Source: Phoronis australis
Taxonomy: Eukaryota > Animalia > Phoronida
Length of the DNA: 64,000 nt
Reading direction: 5' to 3'
Assembly: GCA_002633005.1 (NCBI GenBank)
Contig: NMRA01000581.1
Location: 34,762-98,761, forward strand
Part shown: in pieces, positions 37,901-49,200 of the stretch
Position numbering within the stretch: the stretch's first letter is position 1
Layout: each line of letters opens with the position of its first letter
Position numbers and translations under genes: made by a program
The notes under the pieces: generated by a model
The model's database searches: none
Told to the model about the DNA's origin: nothing
The model's input: only the letters and a program-made list of their open reading frames with translations

Positions 37901-40900
37901 CACATGTTAAAGAGACGGTCAATGTTTGCTCTGCAATAATTTATGCAGTCATATTGTGGACTTAATCTACAAAACACACCAGCTACAGACTATCACTGAC
38001 AAAAGACATTCAGAAGTCTATATGCCAACACATGTTAAGGGAACCCAAATTTTACCTAATGGGACTTCCATGTCGAACGGGTGTTGTCAGTGATCAGCAC
38101 ATCAAAAAAACCCAGAGTCAGAAATGTCACAGAATGTTAGTGCTGTGAATGTGAATGCAGAAAGTCTGGATGAGACGGATGGATGAGCCAAAAGGTGTTA
38201 AAACACTTAAAAAGTGTTAAAACAATACTAGACTGGATTTGGTGAGTTTAATCAACCCTCGTTCAGTCATCTGCTTAAATGTACCATTGCCGTCTCATTC
38301 GAGTGATAAAAACAGGCTTCAACTTACTAAAAGAACCTACGCTCAAAGATTGGATATCGTGATTCTTGGTGGGTGGTCTTTTCCAACAGTTCTCGGAGGT
38401 CACACACACAAGAACCTGTTGAAAATTGAGCCTGGATTGTGACTTATACTCAGTCCAGGCTCGGTCACCATGCAAACAACACACACGGACAAACAAAGAC
38501 AGTGCACCGCATGACGTCACACAATGTCAATGAGAGAATACCACATTCACATCAATATGCACTACTAATGTTCCACTTGAGATAAAGCAGAATTCAATTA
38601 GAAATTCACACTCTCTGAGTCACAAATTCAACATCATGGCTCTGGTCTTTGTGTCGGTTTACTACCGTACACTGATGGTGACTAGCAGTGCTCGTCAGAG
38701 ACAGAGTACAGTTGTTGTGTAGCTCGTCTAAAGTGAATATCACGCTTGCTCGTTTAGCAGATTTTGTACGGAGCTTATGAGTCACAGAGAACTGAATGGG
38801 AAAGTTGTTTTCAATATCTGTTAATAGACCAAAACCGGGTTTGGAATCCTTTTAAATGGCTCATATTAATCATGATTTATTTAAATAATCATGAGAACAC
38901 GAGAATTTGGCTAGATTTTTCTAGTCGCGAGACAGCTACTGAACTCTACACTGGTTCTCAAAATAAGAAACGCTATATCCAACGGTTATTGTTTACAATC
39001 CGACTCCATTAATGTACACCCATGGTATCAGTATTTTCTGAATCCTCTCGTCATGCACATTTCAAAAATGCATAGCACGTACCTATTGGTGTCTTCCTTG
39101 TCATGCAGTTTGCGTTTTTTGGAGGTGTTCATTTCCTACCGCATTGTCTCTTTGCTGCCATTTTAGTAATGGGAGCTACACGACGACACCTATTGGTAGA
39201 AAGATTAACTACTGGGACCACGCCTCTTGAGTAAAATAGACGAACCTCATACCGCACAAGTTGTGTTTTGGCAAAGTTGACGTACAGATTATTGTTCATG
39301 TTTAATTCATCATTTTTTCCTCGTCTTTCTTTTCTTTTTTTGAGTTGCTTGACTTTCATAAAGGTTTACCGAAAAGGGAAAAAAAAGACCGCCCCATATT
39401 TGATGCTGCGTGCATGTTTGTCGCAAACTGCGTTACCTAATGTGGTGAATTGGAAGTGGAAAACGAATAAAAGTATATTGTTATACATATATTGTTGTTC
39501 GTATACTTAAGACAACAAAGCTTCACAATAACATAATGATAACAACACTGATAAATAGTCAATGGCAAAACAACATATACAGCATAACTTTCATAACCAC
39601 AATTCATTTACAATAACAAAAAACTTCAAAAAATGCAAGACTGATACATGCCAAAACACATACTACAAACAAGAACAAACACATGCCTCAAACACTACAT
39701 GTTAACTATTAAATCAGGACTTGTGTGAGTATACATTAACGTGACTGAAACTAAAAACTTCACTGCGTCTGTGCCGCCTACTAATACAACTAAAGTTACG
39801 AACACTACACTTTCGCAGCGCCTATGTACAATAACCATTTAAACAACGTATTGTTCAGCAATGTCCAATATTACTTGTTGGAAGGCAGGTCCTCCGGCGC
39901 GGTGCTTACGTCTCCAACGGTACTCGGATAGATACATGTGCAAGAGAGGTCCCCTTTTGCGAGTGCCCCACATGCGCTTGTGTTTACGTTTCACGTCCTT
40001 CCACATGCTCTCAACCGTGTTTGTGTGTATAGTTGGATCAGCCGGGTCAACGAAGTGGATTGAATGGTTTATGACGTCGTGCTGGTACTGCAGGTTCGCT
40101 AGGCCGCGGTACGATCTCCACTCGTCCGTTACGATTCTGGTCCCAGGTGCGACGTTGGCGGTGATTAAAGGGATCAAAGTGTTAGCGTCGCGCCGCCTAA
40201 CCGGAATCAAGAACGTCTCTTGCTTATTTGTCCTGTTGATTCCCCCGAGCACCCAGCGTCCGTCGACTCGTCTACCTCTGTTGTACTTACTACGACCGAA
40301 CTTTGATTCGTCTATCTGAAACGTAAACGGGAGAATGTTCAAATACATGTTAATAACTGCATTAGTATCAGTATTTGAAGGTGGGTGACTAATAAATGGC
40401 CACAAAAGGTACATTTCAGGAACAATAGGCATTTGAACAATACGTGTCATCCGCGTAAGCATTATGTACACTATGAACATGAACCAAATAGGGTCCCGTC
40501 AAAAACGAAATCGCACTTAACGTGATTCTTAGAGAAACTGCGACGGTGCTTACCTCCACTATCGAGCCGGGTCCTCCAATCTGCTGAGGATTCCTTATAA
40601 TATAAAGTGCTCCGTACAAACGTCCCTCATAAAATTGTTCCAGTCCACAAGGGTCCTACTGCTTCGGATGGAAAGCTCGTCTCGTATTTGAGCCATGGTG
40701 AACGTGTCCATTGCCCAAAAGTAAATAAACTGTATAAGACAATGCGGTAGGAAATGAACGGGTGAAAAAACCTCCAAAAAACGCAAACTGCATGACAAGG
40801 AAGACAAGTACGTGCTATGCATTTTTGAAATGTGCATGACGAGAGGATTCAGAAAATACTGATACCATGGGTGTACATTAATGGAGTCGGACTGTAAACA

Positions 40901-41028
40901 ATAACCTATCCGACTATTAAGTTCTACACACCATTTCCAAAAGTCCACTAAAACTCTATAAATGGAACTATTTTAGACGCTTCTATTTACCTCACGTTCT
41001 TCACGCCATCCAACAAGGACGTCGCCAT
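34802..41028 (-). CDS. NR2C2AP: Nuclear receptor 2C2-associated protein, complement(join(34802..34930,36085..36255,37281..37371,40991..41028)), 142 aa
   Basis: MATSLLDGVKNVRVSSVLNKDSKQFGKKHLLDGDDETCWNSDQGSPQWIVIEF..QLQFQGGF..FYPDDSNKLQTFP..FADSTDFYGRVTVYKLDLCGE; closely matches remembered human RVSSVLN..QFGKKHLFD..ETCWNSDQG..QFQGGF..FYPED..LQTFP..TDFFGRV. Entirely missed by the ORF track. Confidence 0.95.
34931..36084 (-). other. U12-type (minor spliceosome) GT-AG intron
   Basis: 5' site GTATCCTTTT; branch-site-like TCCCTTGAC at 34950-34942, 9 nt upstream of the AG; no polypyrimidine tract. Confidence 0.9.
35856..35989. repeat. Long hairpin/palindrome (~50-bp arms)
   Basis: caagtttgaatctaatactggaattaaaacttacgaaaattagcga ... 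tcgctaatttttgtaagttttaattccagtattagattcaaacttg. Confidence 0.9.
36085..36255 (-). CDS. NR2C2AP: NR2C2AP exon 3
   Basis: GSPQWIVIEF...FYPDDSNKLQ; donor CAG|GTATCCTTTT. Confidence 0.95.
36320..36448. repeat. Small inverted-repeat element (MITE-like)
   Basis: tacagtagaaatttc-ttctaaa ... tttagaa-gatct-gaaatttctactgta. Confidence 0.6.
37281..37371 (-). CDS. NR2C2AP: NR2C2AP exon 2
   Basis: VSSVLNKDSKQFGKKHLLDGDDETCWNSDQ; atttcAG and CAG|GTACTT. Confidence 0.95.
38984..40906 (-). mobile_element. Merlin (IS1595/ISXO2-family) DNA transposon, internally deleted, in NR2C2AP intron 1
   Basis: TIRs 38984-39126 and 40770-40906 (ggttattgtttaca.tccgactccattaatgtacacccatgg...). Flanks tatccaac (38976-38983) and tatccgac (40907-40914) form an 8-bp TSD with one mismatch. 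The element encodes an ISXO2-like DDE domain. Confidence 0.93.
39839..40735 (-). pseudogene. Merlin/ISXO2-like DDE transposase, exons ~40735-40554 and 40315-39839
   Basis: FIYFWA..VDWNNFMRDVC (frameshift) QIGGPGSIVE|IDESKFGRSKYNRGRRV..WVLGGI..RRDANTLIPLI..PGTRIVTDEWRSY..H..INHS..FVDP...HTNTVESMW..K..YLSEY.WR; the N-terminus is missing. Confidence 0.88.
40991..41028 (-). CDS. NR2C2AP: NR2C2AP exon 1
   Basis: ATG GCG ACG TCC TTG...GTG AG|GTAAAT; phase 2 joins exon 2 to give VR-VSS. Confidence 0.8.
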
Positions 41029-42433
41029 GTTCGAAGACAAGTCTTCGCCAGATGGCGCAACTGTGATCACAGCTCACTTAATCTCGAACCCAGAGTCTAT
41101 TAGGCCTCTGGGTTGTAACTTTCTAATGAAGGCCGCTGGTTCCGAAGTTCTTCTCTTCCTGATTCAAGTCACCACACTATCTCCAGAGTATTAGGTCACT
41201 GTATGACAATTAAGAACAAAAAATACAGAAACAAATATAACAAATTTACAAATACATTGTGTACGCCAGTTTAAAGCTCGGTTAACTGCATAGCGGCTAG
41301 GTCGTTTGCAAATAACTGAGGCCCGACAATGAGCCACGGACAGTAAGGGGGCCCCAGAAGGCAGATAGCTTGCTGACAAAAGATGCCTAGAGATGAGGCT
41401 GATGTAATATAGCCTGGTATAAACAACAGAACGTCTTTTTCCAGTAATCTGTCCTCAATGTTGTAACCTTCTGGAACTGAACGCCGGATGCCAGACTGAT
41501 CAAGAGGAGAGCAGATGACTCTGCCGCAACAGCGCCTTGACTGACACCGACTTTTTATTGTAATTGTAAAACATTTTCAGCCTACAAATTTTGCGTCTCA
41601 GCTGAGGAAGTTTAAGATATTTAACACTCACCAACAGGATAGGCATTAAATATCTAAAATGGGATTGAATTAATACAACTGGATTCATTCACGAAGATAC
41701 GGAATTGTCGTTTAAAGTGTCGAGACGGGCTCTCGCCCGTTAGCGTGACATTTGAAATAGGATTGATTTCATTAGACGGCATTGAATTTCCAAAATAGGA
41801 TTTTACATCTTAAAATTGTTTGCTCTTTGCACTCTTCATAGAAAACCAGAGTTCGCCAACCCTAAATTTGCAAATTCGAAAACGCTGCATGCACGCCGCA
41901 TTGCCTGAGACCTTTTGAGATGGTAACGGAAATAGAAACCTGCTATTGGCCCGGGTCAGGAATATCTGAGGACCCGGAAAATTGCGATGAGATTTGGCCC
42001 AATTCGATTTTTGTCTTTTAAATAGTGCCCGAAATGTAGTTTAGTGGTGACGAAGGTCGCACTTTTCTTCAAATGTCTGGTGTCTCAGCCATTTTGTGTG
42101 TGGCAGTACTGGCGGTGATTTTTGTTAACAACGACGGTCCACAAAATAGACAATACCTTATAACACAATACAACAAACAAAGAAAGATGATCCAATCAGA
42201 CAGATATGACTATGGCAAAAGTAAAAAGATAAAAAGGACAATTGATGTAAGTATATGCATGAAAAATTTTAAAGAGTATTTCCATCATCGTCCGCATTTA
42301 AAGAGGCCTAGAACGCGATAAACAGACTAAACTTAAATATTGAAAGTGGTTCTCCGTCACTGAAACAGAATCCAACTTGCTAGGTATTTTTAGGGTTTGT
42401 TCGAAAAGATTCTGTTGATATCAAAGCATTTTC

Positions 42434-42728
42434 CAGGGGAGGATCCAGGATTTTGAGATGGGGGGCAGGGCACAGGAATAACCAGAATTTCGGCAGATGC
42501 GCGCGCCCAGCCTAAAACGTAGGGATGCAGGGGTCTCGCATTTTCGGGTTTGCGGACCGTTTGACTGAAAAAAAAAACGGGTTTGTTCAGGGCCTATGCA
42601 TTGTTTATTCATCCCCGAGCACCCCTGGTTGTGCGCACATGCTAGTCAGCAAATTCGCACCCGAACTGCCAAACGATATCTGGTAGAATTTTAGGGGGAC
42701 ATGGCCCCCTTGCCCCCNCCCCCCCCTA
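42434..42728 (+). mobile_element. Dispersed MITE-like repeat, same family as 15795-16046
   Basis: Reverse-complement match to ~15795-16046; G/C-run ends. Confidence 0.7.
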
Positions 42729-44059
42729 TAACCGACTGTGAGCGCTTGCGCTCATTTATCAAAAGTGAAGGGAGATTAGAAATTCTGTGGTAACCACTGT
42801 GTTTTTCCTTCGCGCGTATTTCAAAAAATCGTGAATTTCGTGATTTTCACTGGAAATTTCTTCACAGGGGAAAGTCAGTTACTCTGTACTAGACGTTGCA
42901 AGATAGTATTTTTTCAGGAATTGTTTAAAAGATAATTTAGACGAGATTTCGCATCCCATGCCTCTTTAAATTCTAACCCAGTTACCTATCACGGCTTGTC
43001 ATACGCCGAGCATGGTGTGTCGAATGTGGAATGAACTGTTGTTTCCTTGCAAATCCCTAAATCACCTTTCGTCTTCGAAAGGAACAAAATGAATCCAAAT
43101 TTAGAGCGACATGTCAGTGGTCTAAATCAAAAGTTCAGTTTCTTGTAGCCTCTTCTTAGCAGGGAATTCCGTCGACCATAGGCCCACCCAAAGAGAACAC
43201 CATGGGCGTATTTTCTGAAAAAAATCCAAAAGTACGGCAATGAATGTTTTAACGCACTGTGTTTGGCGAGTTTATTATTAAAAAAGTCATCAATGATTTG
43301 TGTTTTAGAAGGACTGCATAACAAAGTGTTTCTGAAAATACTTCCCGTTTTCCGAAAAAAACGCCCGGGCGTACTGTATTGTATCATTATTCGGTTTCAC
43401 GTGACGTTTTTGCCAAACACTAACCCATGTGCACGTATTCGGAATTCCCGTTAGGCAGTTAAAACTGGCGTAATTTGAGTCATAATCCAAGTGATAAATT
43501 GGGGACGTTAACTGTGATTTGTTAGTACAATACCAATCAGGACGATATTTAATCGAAAAATAGTGTTGTTTAGTCGCCAAAACAAAACTACAGAAATAGG
43601 AAAATGAAAAAGAGTTTTTGCGATAACTGTTTCAAAATTGCCGTAATTATGTGGTGTTTCAAATACGCCATATGAGAAGTGAAGAGCACAGTAAAGCTTT
43701 AGGGCGATTTTGTTCATGTTATATTTTGCTAAAAAAAACGGTTTACGCTCAGCATAGGTGGATTGGAAGGGGGGGGGGGCGTGAAGCTCGAGGAAATATT
43801 GAGTTCAGTAACTAGGACCGGTAGCGGATGGGGTGGGCAGCCCCAGATCGCGGCGGAGTCGCGTTCCCGTTTTTCTTTTTCTTAGTGCACCGATAGATTT
43901 TCTGAACAGAAGGTCCACATCCCCGGCCCCCGCAACTTTCAGGACAACTTTGCACATACACTCGAGCTTTGCCCAATTCCCCGAGGCAAAATGTTGGCCC
44001 CTCCCATATTGTATCCTAGATCCGGCACTGCGTTCAGTGCTCTGAATTGTGGATCTGCT

Positions 44060-44195
44060 TTTTAGTGGACTTTTTATCTTTTTCTACTTCTTCGGACTTT
44101 TTGTTTGTCTGGCCGGGGCCAGTGGTCCTTTTTGACCACTTCGCCAAATGGGGGTGCTCGTGCGTTCCCCCGAGTTCCCCTGGGTGTGCTCATGT
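44060..44195 (-). mobile_element. Partial copy of the 10255-10494 MITE family
   Basis: ggtcctttttgaccacttcgccaaatgggg...cccctgggtgtgctcatg. Confidence 0.6.
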
Positions 44196-44874
44196 ATTTG
44201 ATAGTTGCAGAAAGATAACTTAAAGAGGCACGAAACGCTAAATTCCGTAAAAGTATCCTTTACACGATTCCTTGTGAAAGTACCGACTCGCAACGTCTAC
44301 TACAGAATTATTCATTTTATCCTGTGAAGGAATTTCCAAAAACAATTACCGAGTTCATGATTTTTGAAATACACAATTAGGAGACGAAGTGACCAGCAGT
44401 TCACAGATGTTTTTTTTTTTAATTTGGAAAAATCCTTTGAAATCAACAGAAAATCAAAATATTTACGAACAAACCATAAAAACATCTGGTGAATATGTTG
44501 AATTCTATTTCAGATAGGCAGAAAACCACTTTGAATAATGCAATTTGTTCTTTTTCGCTAGCCTGTGCAGCCTGGTTAACAGGCGTGCCGTTCATTTAAA
44601 CCTTACGGTGTACAATTAAAGGTACACCTAACCTTACACCTAATTACCTCTGACTATAAAACTCAAATCAGTCAAAGATATTCGCACAGTTACAGTTCTA
44701 GAGCGAATGTTTCTGGCTACCTACGGCCAGGTAAGCCAATAACAAGTGCAGCTAAAGAACTCTTGGTTAAGGAGGTACTACTTTGACCTACAATGTACGC
44801 GCCCAACGTCCACGCCTTCAAACAGAAATACAGGATGCAATGCAAAATTAGTTTCCTCTTTATTGAAGGCTCAA

Positions 44875-45500
44875 GAGAGCAGGCGGCCAGACTTGTTCTA
44901 GGTGTGCCTTTTGACACTCCGTCAACTCATATGTTTAATAGACTGTGGTGGCTCCTTATTGAAAAATATTTCATATGTAGGCGTCTGTGTATGATGCATA
45001 GGTGCTTTCACGGTAATGTACCGACTTATCTATCTCATAATCTCGTACTTGTTCGAAATAGCCACCAGATCGGGACAAGATTTTCTGCCTCAAACAATTT
45101 GGTTTTGCCCAGACACGGAACATCGTTTTATTCTAAGTCCTTCTTTATTCAGACCATCAAACAGTGGAACAATTTGCCTAATAGTCTTAAGGATGCTGAT
45201 TGTTATGATAATTTCAGACACCACCTCATTAGTTACCTTCTTGTGTTTCCAATATATTTACCAAAATTTTTTATTTATTTATTTATCTTTAATTCAATTT
45301 GTTTATCCAATTTTTAAATACTATTTTATTTAATGTATCTTATTGTATCTTAATTTAATCTGTTTATCTAACTTAATTTAATTAATTTAATTTCTTGCTG
45401 CAGAGGACCATGCTGGATATTAGCCTTTGGCTAAAGCATGTTTTACATTTATTGTATTTTTATCCTCCTTAAATAAAGTTTATTATTATTATTATTATTA

Positions 45501-45538
<38 letters not shown>

Positions 45539-45545
45539 ATTATTA
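44875..45545 (+). mobile_element. 5'-truncated LINE (CR1/L2-like) ORF2 C-terminus with (TAT)n tail
   Basis: AARLVLG..TPSTHMFNRLWWL..MHRCFHGNVPTYL..TRFSASNNLVLP..KSFFIQTIKQWNNLP is the typical post-RT LINE tail; AATAAA then (tat)n at 45480-45545. Confidence 0.85.
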
Positions 45546-46150
45546 CTGTCTGCCGGTTTTGTTTGCGATTCGGGTCTGTATTAGGCCTCTGATCAACATT
45601 ATTTTACTCTATATTGTTTTGTTTATTCCTCTAATTGTACATAGTAGTTAATTTGTAACTAATTTGTTATTTCATTAATCTTTTCTGATTGTTTATAGCT
45701 CTCTGTATTTTATTTCGCGTAGGCTAATTATTTCCGGCTATGCCCTCTTGAAAATCATTGAGATTCACTTAAGTGGTCACCCAGTCTTTTTTAAAGAAGT
45801 TTAAGCAAATAGATAGATTTCAGTGGCAAAGAACCGCTTTGAACAATGCAATTTGGTCTTTTTTTCGCGTTCCACGCTTCTTTAACGCCACCGTGGCATT
45901 TCAGTTGTCTCTCTCATGGGCATCTGCGGTTATGATCACGCCGATTCATGACTGACGGTAGGATGGGTTCGAGACTAGATTTTAGTATCGACACCTGGCG
46001 TTATTTCTACTAACTGTAATAACGGATACATCCGATCTCTTTTCCGGACATTACCGAACTCTTGAGCCAATCAGACAACGACAACACAACTCCGTCCTCT
46101 TCAACACGTTGTCTCTGGCTCTTTAGTCGTGTCCTGTTCACTGGGTGGTG

Positions 46151-46284
46151 ATGATGAAGGTCCTCTTACTCTTGTCGCTCTTGGCTGTTTCGCTTGCTTC
46201 CGATGTAATTGAACTTGGCGATTCTAACTTTAAGTCGAGAGTCGACTCGGAAGACATCATGCTTGTTGAATTTTTTGCCCCTTG
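46151..46284 (+). CDS. PDIA3: PDIA3 exon 1
   Basis: Signal peptide to MLVEFFAPW; TG|GTGAGT. Confidence 0.93.
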
Positions 46285-49200
46285 GTGAGTTCATTTCAGC
46301 CACCGTACGCCAGCCACCGCAGGTTTGCTCGCTAATGTCGTAAATTGCAAATTTTATGCTCTTAAACCGTTTCAGTTTGCATGTACTTGTTACTTGAATT
46401 TAAAAATAGTGTCAGTTCCTAGCCGAAATTTGCTTTTATCATCATTAAGCCGAATGTCTTGACCGGAAAAAGTTTTTTCTGGCTTGACTTCCTCGTAGGC
46501 GTAGCGGCGTTTTCAACGCAACTTTTAAGCATTGCCAAGATGGCCAAGCTGGCGCTAAATACCTTCTACTTTAATATCCTTTTACAAGGACAGTAATTCA
46601 TTTGTTAAGCCAGTAACTGTCAATGGACAGCTCGGAATCATTCTGAAAAAAACCAAGGGGTAATGTGCAAAGCCAGCAAATTGCAGTAGGCCTAGGCTGC
46701 TAGGCAACTTAGGCAATGAACATCGCCTCTGTTGGCCCGACCAGAGGCGTTGCAGCTCCTATAGGCACTCCATACGCCGGAAGCTTTTCAGCGATTTATG
46801 CCTCGCAATGACTAAAACATCAAAGTCACGTTATAAATATCTTTTGCGCATAGAGGAACACCTTAGGAGGTTGTCGATGTGTTTAATTCCAGTCCAACTC
46901 GAACAAATACTCCCGTTATCAAACTGTTTCTTGAGCAGTCCCTATTTCAGTTCCCCAAATCGTGAACTCACCAGTTTTATACTGTGTAAGCTCCAATTTT
47001 TACCGCGCTCGCTAATTGATGTGACTTCATGACCTCAGTCTTTAAATAGGCCAAATGTGAGCCATTGCGGTCTTGTCAGTCAAATGTTCGTTTCCAAAAT
47101 ACCACCACTACTTGTCTTTAATTGGCGTTACTTGAAACTGATTGTATTTCAATGAATTATTGTTTGTATTTGATAAAAATAAATGATGTTGATATGACAT
47201 TTAATAGTTTTGGGCACATATTTGACATTTTAATGTTTAACAACACGGCAAATGCACGGATGGTTCCCGGCAGCACGTACGCAGAGGGCGGGGACTTCAG
47301 CTTTCAAAGTTCGTCGGTACGACCGCAAGTTCTGACCTCCGGCCTGGTTAAAAGAATGAGGTCAAATCTCTTGGCGTGCGCCGAGTGAAAATGGTGAGTT
47401 CACGATTTTGGGAACGGAAATAGGGACCGCTCGAAGAAAAAGGTAGATAACTGGAGTATTTGTTCGAGTTGGAAGGAACTAAAAACATCGACAACCTCCT
47501 AAGGTGTTTCTCTATGCGCAAAAGGTATTTATAACAACATGACTTTGATGTTTTAGTCGGTGTGAGGCATAATTCACCGAAAAGCTTCCGGCATATGGAG
47601 CACCTGTAGGAGCTGCGTCGCCTCTGGTCGGGCCAACAGAGGCGATGGTCATTGCCTAAACTTCCCTAAAGGCAACTATGACCTCTTCCGCAACCTGTTG
47701 TTCACATAGGCAGACGAATTTCCTGATGATTCATAACCATAGCCTGGGCATCTCTGCTCATCACCTCGTTATGAAACTTATGTAGAGCTAACCACCAGGT
47801 GGAGTGCATGCAAAAACTGGGAATCAACTGACACTCACCTTGCCTGTTACAGTCGTTTCAAGTGAAAAACAATCTAGTAGATATCATTCTCTTTCATGAC
47901 TCGGCCTTTTGTAACAAAGAAAAGTCTGCCGTCAATTTGAAAACGGTGCACTCGTGACACGTGCCATTTCCTAAATTTTTGCGACATCATTGCAAATATT
48001 ACAATAATAGTAATAACAATAATGAATGAGGCCCCTGAACTCAACATCAGATCGGCCCCACTACATCCATGGCAGTATCAAACTCAGGAGGCTGTGAGGT
48101 CCCTTCCTGCCATCATGAGTGGTACTGTTGTTGGGCGCCAACTTAGTGAAAAATCACCTTGTCCAAGTTACGAGCCCGCTACCTCTTGCTTCAATGCCAG
48201 GCTTCCTAACCAGTCGACCAAGAGCAATTGCCCATAGGCGAGTGATTAAGAAAGGCTTTTATATTACTACACTCACAGCATGCAGAATCACCACAACACT
48301 AAAACTGCCAAGCATAAGTTCCCAACTTCAGCTGTCCCAAATCCACATAAAATGTGCGTGCACCTCCCTCGTACTGGTATTACATGAACCGCCAAACCTT
48401 TACCTTCCCCTGAACCCTTTAAATTGTCCTTGCTTTAACTGTAGGCATGCCGAAGATATAATTCCGAGTTTGAGCAAGCAACCCTCATGTCAGAGTCAAG
48501 AAATTTGTCTCTAATCTGAATGAGGTTTAATGCTAAAATTGGCCTTCCAGTTACGTGTAATTTGCTTCTTCTGATAGCTCATTTTATCGCTTAAACTATA
48601 ATTGTAAGAACTGACGTATCTTGTGTTTGCTCTTGACACTGTGTACTATTGGTTGAAGCACTATGAACACGCGGGATTTTGGGGAAATTTCCAATGTCTG
48701 ACAGCTGGAAATCATCTATTGGTAGCTGCCGGATTTCGCTGTAGGCTACGCGAGAAGCAAGCAACCCATGGTTCGTCGGTTATAAACAACATTATTTTAC
48801 AAAAGCAGAGTTTAAATATGATTCAATTTGACACTAAATTATGTGAAAGGCACTCGCTACATTCATGGGGCCCAAATCAGTGTTGGAATTGCCTCGGGAG
48901 TGTCTGAAAAATCTGGATGTGTATGAGAGTTGGCTTCCACTAACGTCTCAAAATAGCCTCCTTGAATTTGGGATTTTGGTGGTTTTTTGACATTTTTGTT
49001 GTCAGGTCTCCTCTCAGAGGCAGTTTGATATGATCAAGTGAGAGAAGGTATTCAAAGATTTGTTCGATGCTGATTTCGTAGAGTTTCATGCATATTTGAG
49101 TAGAAAATTCTGAGCAAACCAATTTTTAGTGTCCAATCTTTATGTTTTATTACGTAGTGAGTGACGTTAGTGGTGTTTGAGGAACAGACAAAGTAAAGTG

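Noticed and set aside
39861-40319. 152-aa plus-strand ORF
   Set aside because: Antisense shadow of the Merlin transposase exon.
39839-40480. Horizontally acquired bacterial IS1595 or contaminant
   Set aside because: It has a spliceosomal intron, long TIRs and a TSD inside a host intron, which fits eukaryotic Merlin. The first ~55 aa of the track ORF are intron read-through.
46060-46095. ER-stress element upstream of PDIA3
   Set aside because: CCAAT is present but CCACG is missing at the N9 spacing.
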